Source of the DNA: Vitrella brassicaformis CCMP3155
Lineage: Eukaryota; Protista; Chromerida
Reading direction: 5' to 3'
Assembly: GCA_001179505.1 (NCBI GenBank)
Contig: CDMY01000965.1
Coordinates: 1-7,841, forward strand
Length of the DNA: 7,841 nucleotides
Part shown: piece by piece, positions 7,088 through 7,841 of the stretch
Numbering within the stretch: position 1 is the first letter of the stretch
How the letters are laid out: each line of letters opens with the position of its first letter
Notes under the pieces: generated by a model
Told to the model about the DNA's origin: nothing
Databases searched by the model: none
The model's input: only the letters and a program-made list of their open reading frames with translations
Position numbers and translations under genes: made by a program

Positions 7088-7841
7088 ATGAGAGCTATGA
7101 CGTCATCATTGTACGCCCTCGGCGCATCATACCACATCGACGGCACACCCAACCAATGCAGGTACACACACCAACAGTGTGATCCACACACACACACACA
7201 CACACACATGAGTGTCCCTCTCTCTGTCTCTGTCTCGGTGTGTGTGTGTAATGTCAGCTCAGTTGACGCCGTCGGGCTGGTCGCCAATCTGCTGCGCGGT
7301 GGCGGCGTGGCCGTACACAGAATGACTCGCCCATGGTCGACAGACACATACTCCGACTACTGGTACACACACACACACACACACTCAGCCCTCTGCACAC
7401 CGACCGGCTGACATCTCTCTCTCTGTGTGTCTTTTGTCAGGTTCTCTCTGCCGTCGGCCTATCAGTCGACGTCGGCCATCGAGTCGGCCACTGCAGAGGA
7501 CCTCCCATCAGACCAACACGACAGCAGCACCAGCAGCCAGTGGGGCGACCTGCTCATTTGGGCGCACAAGCGGACAGACACCCACACAGAGAGAGGGAGA
7601 CGGCGGCTCAACGAGACACACACAAACACACACACGGAGAGGGCCGATGAGGTCTGTGTCAAAGACGCCACGGGCGCCGTCCACTGTGTGCCCAAAGGCA
7701 GCGAGACCACAGAGGCAGCAGCCGATACAAACACCACAGCCACTGCTGAGGATGACCGCCACTACCAGCCGCCGGCCACCGCCACACACGAGGCGGCCGT
7801 CCACACAGAGGACACCGATCCAGCAGCCCACCAGCAGCAGC
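7088..7841 (+). CDS. Gene A, 5' part: extracellular, low-complexity (T/H/D/S-rich) region of a single-pass membrane protein; continues at position 1 of the window
   Basis: Exons 7088-7161, 7258-7362 and 7441-end, with GT-AG introns 7162-7257 (96 nt) and 7363-7440 (78 nt), both phase 2 and both containing (CA)n tracts. The splice reads ...PNQC-S-SVDAVGLV...YSDY-W-FSLPSAYQS... with no stop to the end of the window. The frame is also open upstream to 7028, so the true start may lie further 5'. Confidence 0.65.
7185..7208. repeat. (CA)12 microsatellite in gene A intron
   Basis: Seen directly, inside intron 7162-7257. Confidence 0.9.
7365..7384. repeat. (AC)10 microsatellite immediately after the donor of gene A intron 7363-7440
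   Basis: Seen directly in the sequence. Confidence 0.9.
7768..7841 (+). repeat. Terminal direct repeat, right copy (identical to 1-74)
   Basis: Exact 74-nt match that ends precisely at the last base of the window. Confidence 0.97.

Noticed and set aside
1-7841. CRISPR array, tRNA/rRNA or prokaryotic defence system
   Set aside because: No regularly spaced repeat-spacer units or structural RNA signatures were seen. The sequence is spliceosomal-intron-rich eukaryotic DNA.

Overview
Eukaryotic, intron-rich genomic DNA: short 54-100 nt introns, nearly all GT-AG, many carrying (GT/CA)n and (CT/GA)n tracts. From recall this style resembles the chromerid alveolate Vitrella brassicaformis; no search was run. 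The ORF track mostly shows exon fragments and intron read-throughs. Manual splicing gives three genes. Gene B (minus, 20 exons, ~4093 to 1104) encodes an intact TKL-like Ser/Thr kinase, a P/S/T-rich linker and about 6 ankyrin repeats. Gene C (plus, 9 exons, 4209-6674, ~650 aa) is head-to-head with B and encodes an unknown beta-rich N-terminal domain, a ricin-B-like beta-trefoil and about 8 ankyrin repeats. Gene A (plus) encodes a single-pass membrane protein that starts near 7088, runs off the right end and continues in frame at the left end to a stop at 457. Bases 1-74 are identical to 7768-7841, so the window is a 7767-bp circularly closed unit: a collapsed tandem array, an extrachromosomal circle or an assembler cycle. 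Gene A has a VAGG-type transmembrane helix and an acidic tail with a penultimate Trp, hallmarks of apicomplexan TRAP/MIC2 gliding adhesins, plus an RRLNE (PEXEL/TEXEL-like) motif. No transposase, integrase, replication protein, RNA gene or CRISPR array was seen.
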